DNA from: a virus
DNA: 64,000 nucleotides
Virus record (IMG/VR): IMGVR_UViG_3300017766_005465
Coordinates: 1 to 64,000 of that record
Reading direction: 5' to 3' (one strand)
Under the pieces are notes generated by a model, which had not been told where the DNA came from, searched no databases, and was given only the letters and a program-made list of their open reading frames with translations. The translations under genes and the position numbers were made by a program. Positions 9,347-17,724 of the stretch are shown in pieces. The stretch's first letter is position 1. The number at the start of each line of letters is the position of its first letter.

Positions 9347-9832
9347 TTAATCGAATGCGTACTGAAGCCACTCCGGAGACCCAGAGTCTATCAGACTTAA
9401 CAGGAACCTATTCGCGGGCGCGCTCGGCTTTCTAGTCAGTCTCATCCCAGTCTGCTCGAGTGGGATGTCTCCCTTACGCGTATTGCATGTCGAGCACGCC
9501 ACGACCAGATTCTCCCACGTGTCCTTGCCTCCCCTGCTCCTAGGGATCACGTGGTCGATGGTCAGGCGTCTTGTCGATCCGCAGTACTGGCACTTGTGCC
9601 CGTCGCGCTTGTATATGAGGCTGCGGGAGGGTTTGAGCGAGTTGATCCTGGAGAAGGGTATCCTTATGTACTCGGTGAGCCGGATGACTTTAGCCGATAC
9701 GATCAGGGCTTTCTCCTTGAGCAGGAGGATGATGGCTCTCTTCCAGCTCGTGACATGGAGAGGTTCGTAGGACGCGTTGAGCACTAGGACCTGGGTGTTA
9801 GGCCTGATCTGTTTGACGTTTTCCGGTGCCAT
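9347..9832 (-). CDS. HNH endonuclease (McrA-like, cyanobacterial type)
   Basis: VLVLNASYEPL, RDGHKCQYCG, TIDHVIPRSRGG, NLVVACSTCNTRKG. Confidence 0.9.
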   Translation of the reverse strand: MAPENVKQIRPNTQVLVLNASYEPLHVTSWKRAIILLLKEKALIVSAKVIRLTEYIRIPFSRINSLKPSRSLIYKRDGHKCQYCGSTRRLTIDHVIPRSRGGKDTWENLVVACSTCNTRKGDIPLEQTGMRLTRKPSAPANRFLLSLIDSGSPEWLQYAFD

Positions 9833-9980
9833 CGCAGACTCCACATTCTACTATTTCGTTGGGTAATACACGCCCGTCGGGCGAGTTTTTCTCGATAACG
9901 AGGAATCCCCTGCCAGCGCAGTTCCTACAGGATGATTTGTCGATCTTACTGATGAGGCGTTGGCGGGGGACGGGGGCCAT
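9798..9980 (-). CDS. Small DnaJ-type zinc-finger protein
   Basis: 60 aa with CRNCAGRG and CGVCDGTG (CxxCxGxG) repeats. Confidence 0.65.
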   Translation of the reverse strand: MAPVPRQRLISKIDKSSCRNCAGRGFLVIEKNSPDGRVLPNEIVECGVCDGTGKRQTDQA

Positions 9981-9984
9981 GGGT

Positions 9985-10467
9985 TTAGAACGATGCTGAG
10001 TCGCAGATACCCTGAAGCTCTTCGGAGGGGGACGCGGTGACGGAGGCGTCTCCGTTCACGTTATGATCCGGCCGGACTTGATTGTAGGCCTGCTTCTCCG
10101 CGGCGATGGCGGAGAACTCCTCGCCGGTCACGCCGGCGTAGGCCAGGATGGCTCGGTGGAAGAGAAGGATGTCATACATCTCAGCTATAAACTCCCGGCG
10201 GAGTTCGGGTGAGTCCATGTAACTCCGCTCTTTGTTCTTCCAAGAGCGGCGGGGGACGTACACCCGGGCTTCGATCGCTTCCTCCATGAGGTGGCCGAAG
10301 TACTCGATGACTTTCTCGTAGCGGTAGCAGAGCCAGTCCTCGTTGAGGTAACCGTGCGCCGCCTCGTACTTCATCAGCATCTCAGGCCCTACACCACCGA
10401 CCTTGGCGGCGTACTTCTCCTGCGCCTCGAAGCCATCGTTGATGAACTTGACGTAATCGAAATTCAT
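9985..10467 (-). CDS. All-alpha dimeric dNTP pyrophosphatase (dUTPase/dCTPase, T4 gp56-like)
   Basis: 160 aa. EEAIE...SWK...EFIAEMYDILLF...KQAYNQVR pattern typical of the dimeric dUTPase/gp56/MazG fold. Confidence 0.7.
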   Translation of the reverse strand: MNFDYVKFINDGFEAQEKYAAKVGGVGPEMLMKYEAAHGYLNEDWLCYRYEKVIEYFGHLMEEAIEARVYVPRRSWKNKERSYMDSPELRREFIAEMYDILLFHRAILAYAGVTGEEFSAIAAEKQAYNQVRPDHNVNGDASVTASPSEELQGICDSASF

Positions 10468-10516
10468 TGGCTTACAGAACTTTCTCTAGAGATCATATCA
10501 TGGATCGGGGAGGATG

Positions 10517-12430
10517 TCAACCCTCGCAGGCGGCACACTCGCTGTATGTCTTCTCCCCCTGACCTAGCTTCTCGGCGAGGTCGGTGTAGCCTCCAACGTA
10601 CTGGTCATTGAGCCAGATCTGGGGCACGGTCTTCCACACCCACTCGGAGTCGGGGACATCGGCCCTATCCACCTCGTTGATGGTCCAGCCCTGGCTACGG
10701 AGAAGGGACTTGGCCATGGAGCAGTAGGGGCACTCCTGCTTGGTGATGATCTTCGCGACCTTCTGCTGGCCAGGAGGCTTCTTCTTCACGAGCAGGGACG
10801 AACTCTTCAGATAGTAGAGGGACTTGAGGCCACCCTTCCAAGCGCTCAGGTGGAGCTTGAAGAGGTACTCCGGCGAGGACTCGGGATCGACGAAAAGGTT
10901 GATGGACTGACCCTGGCAGACGTACCTCTGCCGGTCCGCGGCCTGCCTGATGATCTCAAACTGGTCGATCTCACGCGCCGTCCTGAACACCTCCTTGGTG
11001 TGGTCGTCGATGAACTTGAGATGCTGGATCGATCCTCTGAACTCCAGAATCGACTCCCACGTCTCGTCGGTATTCTTTCCGATCCTTTCGAGGTGCTCCA
11101 CGAGATACTTGTTCTTGCGAACGAAGGTCCCCTTGGCCTGCTTTGCAACGTAGTAGTTCGCGTCGATGGGCTCGATGCCCTCGCTTCCCGCTCCGCAGAT
11201 TACGGAGTTGGATTTGGTGGGGGCGATGGCCATGAGGTGGGTGTGACGGAGCCCGGTACCCTGGCACCATTCCGGCTCGCCGTAGGTGACGGCCATCTCA
11301 CGGGAGGCTTTCTGCGCCTTCTCCTTGACGTACCTGTGAACCTTCTCGTTGAGTTGGCGTGCCTCGGCGGAGGCGAAGGGGAGGTTCTTGGACTGGTAGA
11401 GAGCGTGGAGGCCCATGGTCCCCAGGCCCAGTGCCCTGGACTTGCGGGCGAATCTCACCGCTCTTCCCATGGAGGTGATGCGATCGGCCTTGTGGCAGAA
11501 CTCCTCCACAACAGCGTCGAGGAGGTACACGGCCAGCTCGGGGACGGTTTTGCCAGTGGCCGGGCCGGTCCAGTCCTTCCACTCCTCCCAGCGTGCTAGG
11601 TTGAGAGAGGAGAGAACGCAGACGAAGGTGTGGTTCTCGTCGGTGTGCAGGAAGATCTCCGAGCAGAGATTGCTGAGCTTAACACTCAGTCCTCTCTGAG
11701 TGTAGCATTCCGGATTGGCCTTGTTGGCGTTGTCGATAAAGATGATGTATGGAGACCCTGACACCAGTCTAGATTTTAGCACCTCGCCGAACAACTTCTG
11801 CTTGTCCCTATCCCCAGCAAGCAGGCTCTCTACCCACTCATCGGTGATGGTGATGGCGATGTTACTGTCGATGAAGTCACGTGGGTCGCCCTGCGAGTGG
11901 TCCTTGGAGCGTAAAACCTCCGGAAGATCGGGGTGGTCGATGGGGAGGTAGAGAGCGAAACTGCCGCGCCTCACCCCACCCTGAGACACCACAGCGGCGC
12001 ACTGGTCGTACTGCCTCATCCACGGCACCACGCCAGTGCTCTTCCCACCGGACGAGATGGGTGCCCCGGAGGGTCTGATATTGCCGAAGTAAGTTCCCAC
12101 CCCACCACCGTACTGGGAGAGCGCCGCCGACTCCTTGAGGTGGGAGTAGATGGAGCGCACGGAGTCCGAAATATCATTCGAGTAGCAGCTGATAGGCAGG
12201 CCACGCGAGGTGCCGAAGTTACTAGCCACGGGAGTGGCAAGTCCCAGAAACCCACGCCAGAGCACCTCGAAGATGTCTCCGGAGATCTCGGGGTAGTTGA
12301 GCAGTTTGGCGGCCTGGTTGGCCACACGCTCGTACATCCCCCTGGGCGTCTCGCCCTGATACAGGTAGCCTTTTGAGAGAGTTTTGATGGCTTCCTTGGA
12401 CATCCACTCGGGGACTTGTAACTCGGACAT
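10517..12430 (-). CDS. nrdA: Class I ribonucleotide reductase alpha subunit with a C-terminal glutaredoxin domain
   Basis: ATPV, PISC, SQGGVRRG, SNLCSEI, IAPT, SLYY. These are followed by a Grx domain (CPYC...TVPQIW...VGGY) and terminal ECAACEG. No ATP cone. Confidence 0.95.
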   Translation of the reverse strand: MSELQVPEWMSKEAIKTLSKGYLYQGETPRGMYERVANQAAKLLNYPEISGDIFEVLWRGFLGLATPVASNFGTSRGLPISCYSNDISDSVRSIYSHLKESAALSQYGGGVGTYFGNIRPSGAPISSGGKSTGVVPWMRQYDQCAAVVSQGGVRRGSFALYLPIDHPDLPEVLRSKDHSQGDPRDFIDSNIAITITDEWVESLLAGDRDKQKLFGEVLKSRLVSGSPYIIFIDNANKANPECYTQRGLSVKLSNLCSEIFLHTDENHTFVCVLSSLNLARWEEWKDWTGPATGKTVPELAVYLLDAVVEEFCHKADRITSMGRAVRFARKSRALGLGTMGLHALYQSKNLPFASAEARQLNEKVHRYVKEKAQKASREMAVTYGEPEWCQGTGLRHTHLMAIAPTKSNSVICGAGSEGIEPIDANYYVAKQAKGTFVRKNKYLVEHLERIGKNTDETWESILEFRGSIQHLKFIDDHTKEVFRTAREIDQFEIIRQAADRQRYVCQGQSINLFVDPESSPEYLFKLHLSAWKGGLKSLYYLKSSSLLVKKKPPGQQKVAKIITKQECPYCSMAKSLLRSQGWTINEVDRADVPDSEWVWKTVPQIWLNDQYVGGYTDLAEKLGQGEKTYSECAACEG

Positions 12431-12503
12431 AATGGCTGGCTTCCTGGTCGTTTATTCTAACAAAAATAAGGCGTAGCGTAGCAGCTTGGTAACTAAATAG
12501 TTA

Positions 12504-13139
12504 CTATGCTGCACTATCTAGTTTGATTCTGTTTGATGTGCTAATTCCTCTTTTTCTTTGAAAAAGACTAAGTGCTCCAGCAGTTGAAATTTTGCCAGTA
12601 GTAGTGCACATCCATTTTTGAGAATTTAATTTGGACAAATGTCCAGATTCTACATTCTTTCTTCCTTGAGTTTTTCCTCCTACTTTTCCTCCCAAACTAG
12701 AGATTCTCTGCAGGTGTCCTGATTGTACGTTTCTCCTACCAACCTCTTTGCACTTTTCAATGTCTCTTATTTGATCTAGTTGTCCGGATTTTGCATTTTT
12801 TCTCCCTTGAATTCTCCCATTCTCCCTGCAACGTTCTGAACCTTTATTAAGTGGTCCGTAGATTCTACCTAAATTTTGGATAAATCCGGTCTCCTTATGC
12901 TTATTACCGGATGTCTTACCACCTTTAGAAGCTCCTAAAAGTTGAACTTCTTTGATAACTTCTTGCTTGTTGTACTGACCGGATAAACCCTTCCAAGCTA
13001 TAAAGTCCTCGCGCTTTTTATGTAAACACCAGTTAGCGTAATGCCACATTGCATGTTGAGTTATTGAAACTTCAATAATGTTGGATAACTCATTAGTGCC
13101 TCCAAGATGCTTAGGAATAATGTGATGCTTATGTTTCAT
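12504..13139 (-). CDS. Free-standing HNH homing endonuclease
   Basis: HKHHIIPKHLGG...N...HAMWH followed by G/K-rich repeats. Strongly AT-rich relative to its neighbours. Lies between nrdB and nrdA. Confidence 0.8.
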   Translation of the reverse strand: MKHKHHIIPKHLGGTNELSNIIEVSITQHAMWHYANWCLHKKREDFIAWKGLSGQYNKQEVIKEVQLLGASKGGKTSGNKHKETGFIQNLGRIYGPLNKGSERCRENGRIQGRKNAKSGQLDQIRDIEKCKEVGRRNVQSGHLQRISSLGGKVGGKTQGRKNVESGHLSKLNSQKWMCTTTGKISTAGALSLFQRKRGISTSNRIKLDSAA

Positions 13140-13545
13140 TTGATTTTTTAATCAGTCCGTCATCCCAAGCTTGTTGTACGTTTTCTGACCTGGTTCCCCA
13201 CTTTAGGTTAGAGATGGAGTTGTTGGTTCCGTCATTGTCCTTATGCAAAATGACAATATGCTCTCCCTGAGGCTTCGGAGGACCGAATAGTTGCATAACT
13301 AACTCGTGAACTTTCGGTTCCTCGCGTTTGCCATCCCAGGTGAGGTTCATTCTCTGGTGCTTGCGATCGTCGTCGCGTGGCTTACGGTTCTGGGTGTCTC
13401 CCTTACGACGAACTTTCCCCCCACTACTGACTTCGTAGGGGGAGTCCTTCCACTGCTTCCATTGTTCGCCAGAGTCGGCGTAGTTACGCCCTCCCTGATC
13501 CCGTCCTCTGACCCTCCAGCCATCGGGTCTTACAAAGTCACTCAT
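13129..13545 (-). CDS. HNH endonuclease (NUMOD4/HNH_3 type)
   Basis: EQWK...YEVSSGGKVR, VHELVMQLF, ILHKDNDGTNNSISNLKWGTRSEN. Start placed at the ATG coupled to the upstream stop. Confidence 0.85.
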   Translation of the reverse strand: MSDFVRPDGWRVRGRDQGGRNYADSGEQWKQWKDSPYEVSSGGKVRRKGDTQNRKPRDDDRKHQRMNLTWDGKREEPKVHELVMQLFGPPKPQGEHIVILHKDNDGTNNSISNLKWGTRSENVQQAWDDGLIKKSNET

Positions 13546-13744
13546 GCCATCTTTCCACGTAGTCGTCGAAACCACCCATCCCGCCGCAGGGTCTTGAGAA
13601 CCTGTCAGGCGGTGGGGAGGTGATCATGTTCTTTCTGTAGCGTTGGATGTAGAGGTCGGCTCTGCGGTCAGTGATGAGGCACACGGTGCCGTGATCGGCT
13701 ACCATAAGCTTGCTGTCTCTATCAGGGTTTGGGTGAATCGCCAT
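13538..13744 (-). CDS. Hypothetical protein
   Basis: 68 aa ORF overlapping both neighbours in the operon. Confidence 0.6.
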   Translation of the reverse strand: MAIHPNPDRDSKLMVADHGTVCLITDRRADLYIQRYRKNMITSPPPDRFSRPCGGMGGFDDYVERWHE

Positions 13745-13883
13745 GGGCTTTCTGGTCTTCTCTGTGCTTGTTTATCAGGTAGAAATCTTGGGCTGTCTCG
13801 CCATCCTCGAAGATCTTGTGGCCATTTGAGGTCTGCACCAACCACTTTCCGTTGGCTATGCTTACCGGCTTGGAGATAGACAT
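13722..13883 (-). CDS. Small hypothetical protein (53 aa, MSISKPVSIANGKWLV...), absent from the ORF track
   Basis: GGAGG RBS just upstream of the ATG. Fills the gap after nrdB. Confidence 0.65.
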   Translation of the reverse strand: MSISKPVSIANGKWLVQTSNGHKIFEDGETAQDFYLINKHREDQKAHGDSPKP

Positions 13884-13897
13884 GGATCCTCCTTACA

Positions 13898-14908
13898 TTA
13901 GTGGTAGGAGAGGCAGGAGTCCAGATCTAGCGCTGTGAGATCGACACTCATGTAGTCCTGAGTGGGTTTGGCAACGTAGTTGTCGCCCGACTTGCCCTGC
14001 GCGAAGAAATCCGAACTACTAGCCCCTTTGATCATGGGCTCGAACCAGGCACTGATGGACTTTGCTCTTGAGAGTTCCTCGGTGGACAGATGGAAGATCT
14101 GCCGAAGTCCGAGCGTGACGAGCTGTTCATTGGCGCGGTTGGTTATGTAAGCTTTCAACTCATCCGCATCGATTGAGCCAATATATGCAGCGTTAAAAAT
14201 GTGGTCAATAAAAGCGAACTCCTTATCCACCACGAGGCGGAAGCCCTCGTAAATCGCCTGCTCCTCAGCATCCGTGAGTCCCGTCTCGTTGACAAGATAG
14301 CGGAAAAGCTTGCACCCAGCCTCCGAGTGAGTCTGCTCGTCGATAGCGGACCACGAGATAATCTGCGCGAGGCCTTTGTAACGTCCATCCTTGTTAAAGC
14401 TCAGTAGTACGGCGAAGGAACTGAACAGGGAAACACCCTCGCCAGCTCCGGAGAAAACAGCTAGGGCGACCTTGTCGGGGTACTTCTGGAAGAAGGTGTC
14501 GATCTTAGAGCACGCCACGGGATCGTTGATGAACTCCTCGTAGTCCTTGAGGCCGAGGACGTCGTTGAGGTACGAGTAGGCGGCGGCGTGGATCGTCTCA
14601 AAAAACGAGAAGGCGCGGGCCATGGACTGGATCTCCGGCTTAGGGAAAATCCGGCAGACCTCGTCCGCCCAGTAACAACCTATACCCAATTCCGCGCTTA
14701 CAAAGCCCTTTAGAATCCCGGCTATAACCGCTCTTTCGTCGGGTGTTGAGTTGAATTGCCAATCTCGCAGATCTCCCTCCATAGGTACCTCCGCGTGCCG
14801 CCATACGGAGGCTACGGTGTTCTCGTAGTAGTCGTAGAACTCGGGGTAATCGAACCCGTCGTCCTTCTTGAAGACCATCTTGTTGTGCTCGAGGATGCTG
14901 ATGCTCAT
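13898..14908 (-). CDS. nrdB: Class I ribonucleotide reductase beta subunit
   Basis: 336 aa ferritin-like protein. Ligands SAE, ETIH, GEG, DEQTH. Radical-site Tyr in HAAAY. FPKPEI and DFF motifs. Confidence 0.93.
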   Translation of the reverse strand: MSISILEHNKMVFKKDDGFDYPEFYDYYENTVASVWRHAEVPMEGDLRDWQFNSTPDERAVIAGILKGFVSAELGIGCYWADEVCRIFPKPEIQSMARAFSFFETIHAAAYSYLNDVLGLKDYEEFINDPVACSKIDTFFQKYPDKVALAVFSGAGEGVSLFSSFAVLLSFNKDGRYKGLAQIISWSAIDEQTHSEAGCKLFRYLVNETGLTDAEEQAIYEGFRLVVDKEFAFIDHIFNAAYIGSIDADELKAYITNRANEQLVTLGLRQIFHLSTEELSRAKSISAWFEPMIKGASSSDFFAQGKSGDNYVAKPTQDYMSVDLTALDLDSCLSYH

Positions 14909-15642
14909 TTGTTTTCGTGGATGGTGAGGTTGTGGTTATCGCAGTCGAATACTCCTAGAGTTCCGTCGGTGGCGTCCCCGCCGGGGTCGTTCACAACGCA
15001 ATTGTCCTCGACAAGAACCCTGGCCCAGTGCCCCGAGCAGAGTACGTCGGTGCCAGTGGCACCCCACCGTTGTGGGTTACGCCAGAACCCCGTGCGCTTG
15101 GTTATCTTTTTACCCTGCCACAGCCACGATGACTCGCGACCACGTAGGGTGGAGTTGATCTCCGTGGGTGTGAGCCCACCCTCGGAGTACTTCGCCTCAA
15201 AATCCTTCTGGTAGAAGGCGTGAGCGGCTTTGTATGTTTTTCCGTTGCCGGAATTATAAGTAAATGTTAAAGGCCTTGAATCCAACCACAGGATCAGTTC
15301 GTCCCGAGTAGGTTCGTCCAAAGTCCGGATTTCATCTATAGTATTTTTGAAGCCCGCTATGCTCTTGCGAACATCCCTCCTCTCAAGAAACAGATCGGTT
15401 AGGTTCTGAGCGTGATTGGAGTGGAGGAGGGTAGCGTAACCCTCGTCGCAAAGCTGCCGCACAAGACGGTAGACTTTCAGAAAGGAGCACTTCGGCCTGT
15501 ACAATTTATCCCTGCAGTCCGACAGATCCCCCAGGAAGACAAGATGGGCGCCCTGGCTGAGTGGCTTTGAGAGCCGGTCCAGGAGGCGTTCCAGCGCGTC
15601 GTCGCGGGAGTGGATGTCGGAGATCAGCAGGACGTTCTGCAC
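14905..15642 (-). CDS. Calcineurin-like metallophosphoesterase
   Basis: SDIH, LGDLSD, SNH, AHA and SGH motifs. Confidence 0.85.
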   Translation of the reverse strand: MQNVLLISDIHSRDDALERLLDRLSKPLSQGAHLVFLGDLSDCRDKLYRPKCSFLKVYRLVRQLCDEGYATLLHSNHAQNLTDLFLERRDVRKSIAGFKNTIDEIRTLDEPTRDELILWLDSRPLTFTYNSGNGKTYKAAHAFYQKDFEAKYSEGGLTPTEINSTLRGRESSWLWQGKKITKRTGFWRNPQRWGATGTDVLCSGHWARVLVEDNCVVNDPGGDATDGTLGVFDCDNHNLTIHENK

Positions 15643-15706
15643 TACGGTTGGCGTCTGATTACCACCATTCTACCACGGGTGGGGTCCCATGGCGGGTTGG
15701 TGGTGG

Positions 15707-16261
15707 TCACATATGCTGCTGGCCGGCCGTGGACTTGACCACGATCTCGGTCTCTGGGTAGGTGTAGTGCATCTGGTCAGAGACGGACTCGGGGAGAGTG
15801 GCATTGAGCACCTTGTACGCCATCTCTAGCGCCTCGGAGCGGGTTCTCTTCCTCGGACTACGGTACTCCTCAGAAGTACTTTTCACTTTAGGAACCACGG
15901 AGTAGAAGTACTCCTCGTCGGGGTGGGTGACGAGGTAGTAGGGACGTCTGTGCTGCACACCCTGCTCCACAACGATCTCGCCGGGAGCGACATGGAGCTG
16001 CCCCACGTCGTATCCCGCCTTGCCTTCTGGATTCAGGTCTTTGTCGTGGGGACCCTCGTAGGATGAGGGTTCTCCGCCTCCCACGCTGGTGGCTCCGAAT
16101 TTTCCCTCAGGATCAACGTACTTGGAGTGGTAGTCATCCTCGCCAGTCTGAGGACCCGGCTCGACTAACCCTAGGTTTTTGTTGGTCTTCCCCGTGTCGG
16201 ATCCGGGCTCGGCGTAATTCGCCGCGACCCAGCCCTCGGGGATATGAAGTTCGTGATCCAT
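15707..16261 (-). CDS. Hypothetical protein (possible internal head protein)
   Basis: 184 aa, low-complexity acidic N-terminal half. Own GGGTTTAAAG motif upstream. PEGW...NYAE leader. Confidence 0.6.
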   Translation of the reverse strand: MDHELHIPEGWVAANYAEPGSDTGKTNKNLGLVEPGPQTGEDDYHSKYVDPEGKFGATSVGGGEPSSYEGPHDKDLNPEGKAGYDVGQLHVAPGEIVVEQGVQHRRPYYLVTHPDEEYFYSVVPKVKSTSEEYRSPRKRTRSEALEMAYKVLNATLPESVSDQMHYTYPETEIVVKSTAGQQHM

Positions 16262-16296
16262 TGAGAGATTAAGTACCGTGTTAGATCTTTAAACCC

Positions 16297-16331
16297 AAAA
16301 GAAAAACTCCCCTAGCCGAGGCCGGGGGAGT
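16297..16331 (-). terminator. Rho-independent terminator
   Basis: Minus strand ACTCCCCCGGCC-TC-GGCTAGGGGAGT hairpin followed by TTTTCTTTT. Confidence 0.75.
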
Positions 16332-16355
16332 AGTGGTTCTATGCCCGTGAGCGGG

Positions 16356-17294
16356 TCAGAAGTCCAGGTTGAGATCGTTTTCGCCGGTTTCCTGGCGGGA
16401 GAGCAGCAGAGTGGAGCGAATCCGGATCTTGTTGTTCTCCAGTTCCTCCTTGGAGCGCAGGGTCAGCGTCGCGGGTTTCTCGCGAGTGATCTCGGGCTTA
16501 GTGGAGAGGAGCGGACGAATGGAGGAGTGGGCCCATGCACCAGCAACCTGACCCTCTGCGGGGTAGTTGTTGATCATGATGCGGTAGGTCAGACCGTACG
16601 AGGTCTTGCACTGGTAGTAGTTGATCACCTCGTAGGGGACGTTCACATCCAGATCGCGGAAGTCGATCTCGCTATCGGCCTCGACGCGGGCCCCACCCGA
16701 TCCACCACCCTTCACGGTGACTTTCTGCACCAGGACGATGACGTCGTCGGGCTTCTTCTTCAGGAGGGCGTTGAGAGCCTTGGGTTCGGTGGGATTCTCC
16801 CAGTCGCTGAAGCGAACGGCCACCGGCAGGACGAGTTGGCCATCCTCGGTATCGACGCTCAGGAACAGAGCGGGGTCCTCTCCACGGCCGGAGAAGTTGT
16901 AGGAGCCGAACTCGGCCTCGATCTCGGTACCGTCGGGCTTGGTGAAACCACCCTTGACCACGTTCAGAGGAAGGTAGCGCGGGCCCCACTGGATGTAGAG
17001 CTTGCCATCCTCGGTGGCTTCGACGCCCTCAGCACCGGCCTTAAGCACAGGGCCGAAGAGGCGGAAGTAGACGCCATCGCGGGACTTGATGAGAAAGGTG
17101 TTCTCGTCGAGGGGGAGTTCCTCGCCGGTCAGGAACTGGAAGACGGTGTCCAGGTCCTTACGCATCGCCTTAGGCAGGTTAGCGTTGGGGAGCGAGGTGT
17201 ACTCGGAGGTGTATTCCCGGCCACTGAGGGGGGCAAGCTGCGGAGCGTTGGTGCTCAGGTCAATGGTCGTGACGGAAAATGTAGCTGTGGACAT
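16356..17294 (-). CDS. Hypothetical, probably highly expressed protein; putative ssDNA-binding protein
   Basis: 312 aa, beta-rich, acidic tail ending NDLNLDF. Has both promoter classes upstream and its own terminator. Start moved to ATG 17294 because TGGTATAAT lies in the upstream extension. Confidence 0.5.
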   Translation of the reverse strand: MSTATFSVTTIDLSTNAPQLAPLSGREYTSEYTSLPNANLPKAMRKDLDTVFQFLTGEELPLDENTFLIKSRDGVYFRLFGPVLKAGAEGVEATEDGKLYIQWGPRYLPLNVVKGGFTKPDGTEIEAEFGSYNFSGRGEDPALFLSVDTEDGQLVLPVAVRFSDWENPTEPKALNALLKKKPDDVIVLVQKVTVKGGGSGGARVEADSEIDFRDLDVNVPYEVINYYQCKTSYGLTYRIMINNYPAEGQVAGAWAHSSIRPLLSTKPEITREKPATLTLRSKEELENNKIRIRSTLLLSRQETGENDLNLDF

Positions 17295-17395
17295 TGTGGT
17301 TCTCACTGTGTAGGTGTCTCTTGGGAGTGAAGTTTCTCTCTTCGACTCTTTAGTATTATACCACGAAAACCCCACAACGGGGCAGTCGCTGTATG

Positions 17396-17719
17396 TTAGT
17401 CTTTAAACTGGCTACGGCCGGTTTGAAAAGTGGCAAGGTAGGTCTGGGCCTCAAGCCTGATGGAGTAGAGCTGGCCGGAGAATGGGTTTAGTGGGCAGAG
17501 CGGTGGAACGTAAAGCAGCAGTGTATCTCCCCACCACACTTGGCGCTCGAAGGGGCATTTTGAGGGCACGGAGTCTACCCACTTCTTAGCTAAGTCCTCC
17601 GTCCACGCGTGTGGCTCGAGCCACGGCACGGAGAAGGACGGAAGCAGGTCCACCATCCTCCCCCACCAACGCGGCGCTCTAGCCCTCTTGCCGGAGGCGG
17701 ATCTAGAGAAGCTGATCAT
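17396..17719 (-). CDS. Mo-dependent nitrogenase C-terminal domain family protein (cyanobacterial, function unknown)
   Basis: PSKCPFER...LYVPPLCPLNPF..QL..IR..A..YL matches the recalled family signature CPFER...IPPLCKLNP. Confidence 0.8.
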   Translation of the reverse strand: MISFSRSASGKRARAPRWWGRMVDLLPSFSVPWLEPHAWTEDLAKKWVDSVPSKCPFERQVWWGDTLLLYVPPLCPLNPFSGQLYSIRLEAQTYLATFQTGRSQFKD

Positions 17720-17724
17720 GTGAA

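Noticed and set aside
10517-14908. Group I intron or intein in nrdA/nrdB
   Set aside because: Both ORFs are continuous with all motifs at normal spacing. The HNH genes are intergenic.
17396-17719. Evidence for phage-encoded nitrogen fixation
   Set aside because: The domain name is historical. No nif structural genes are present.
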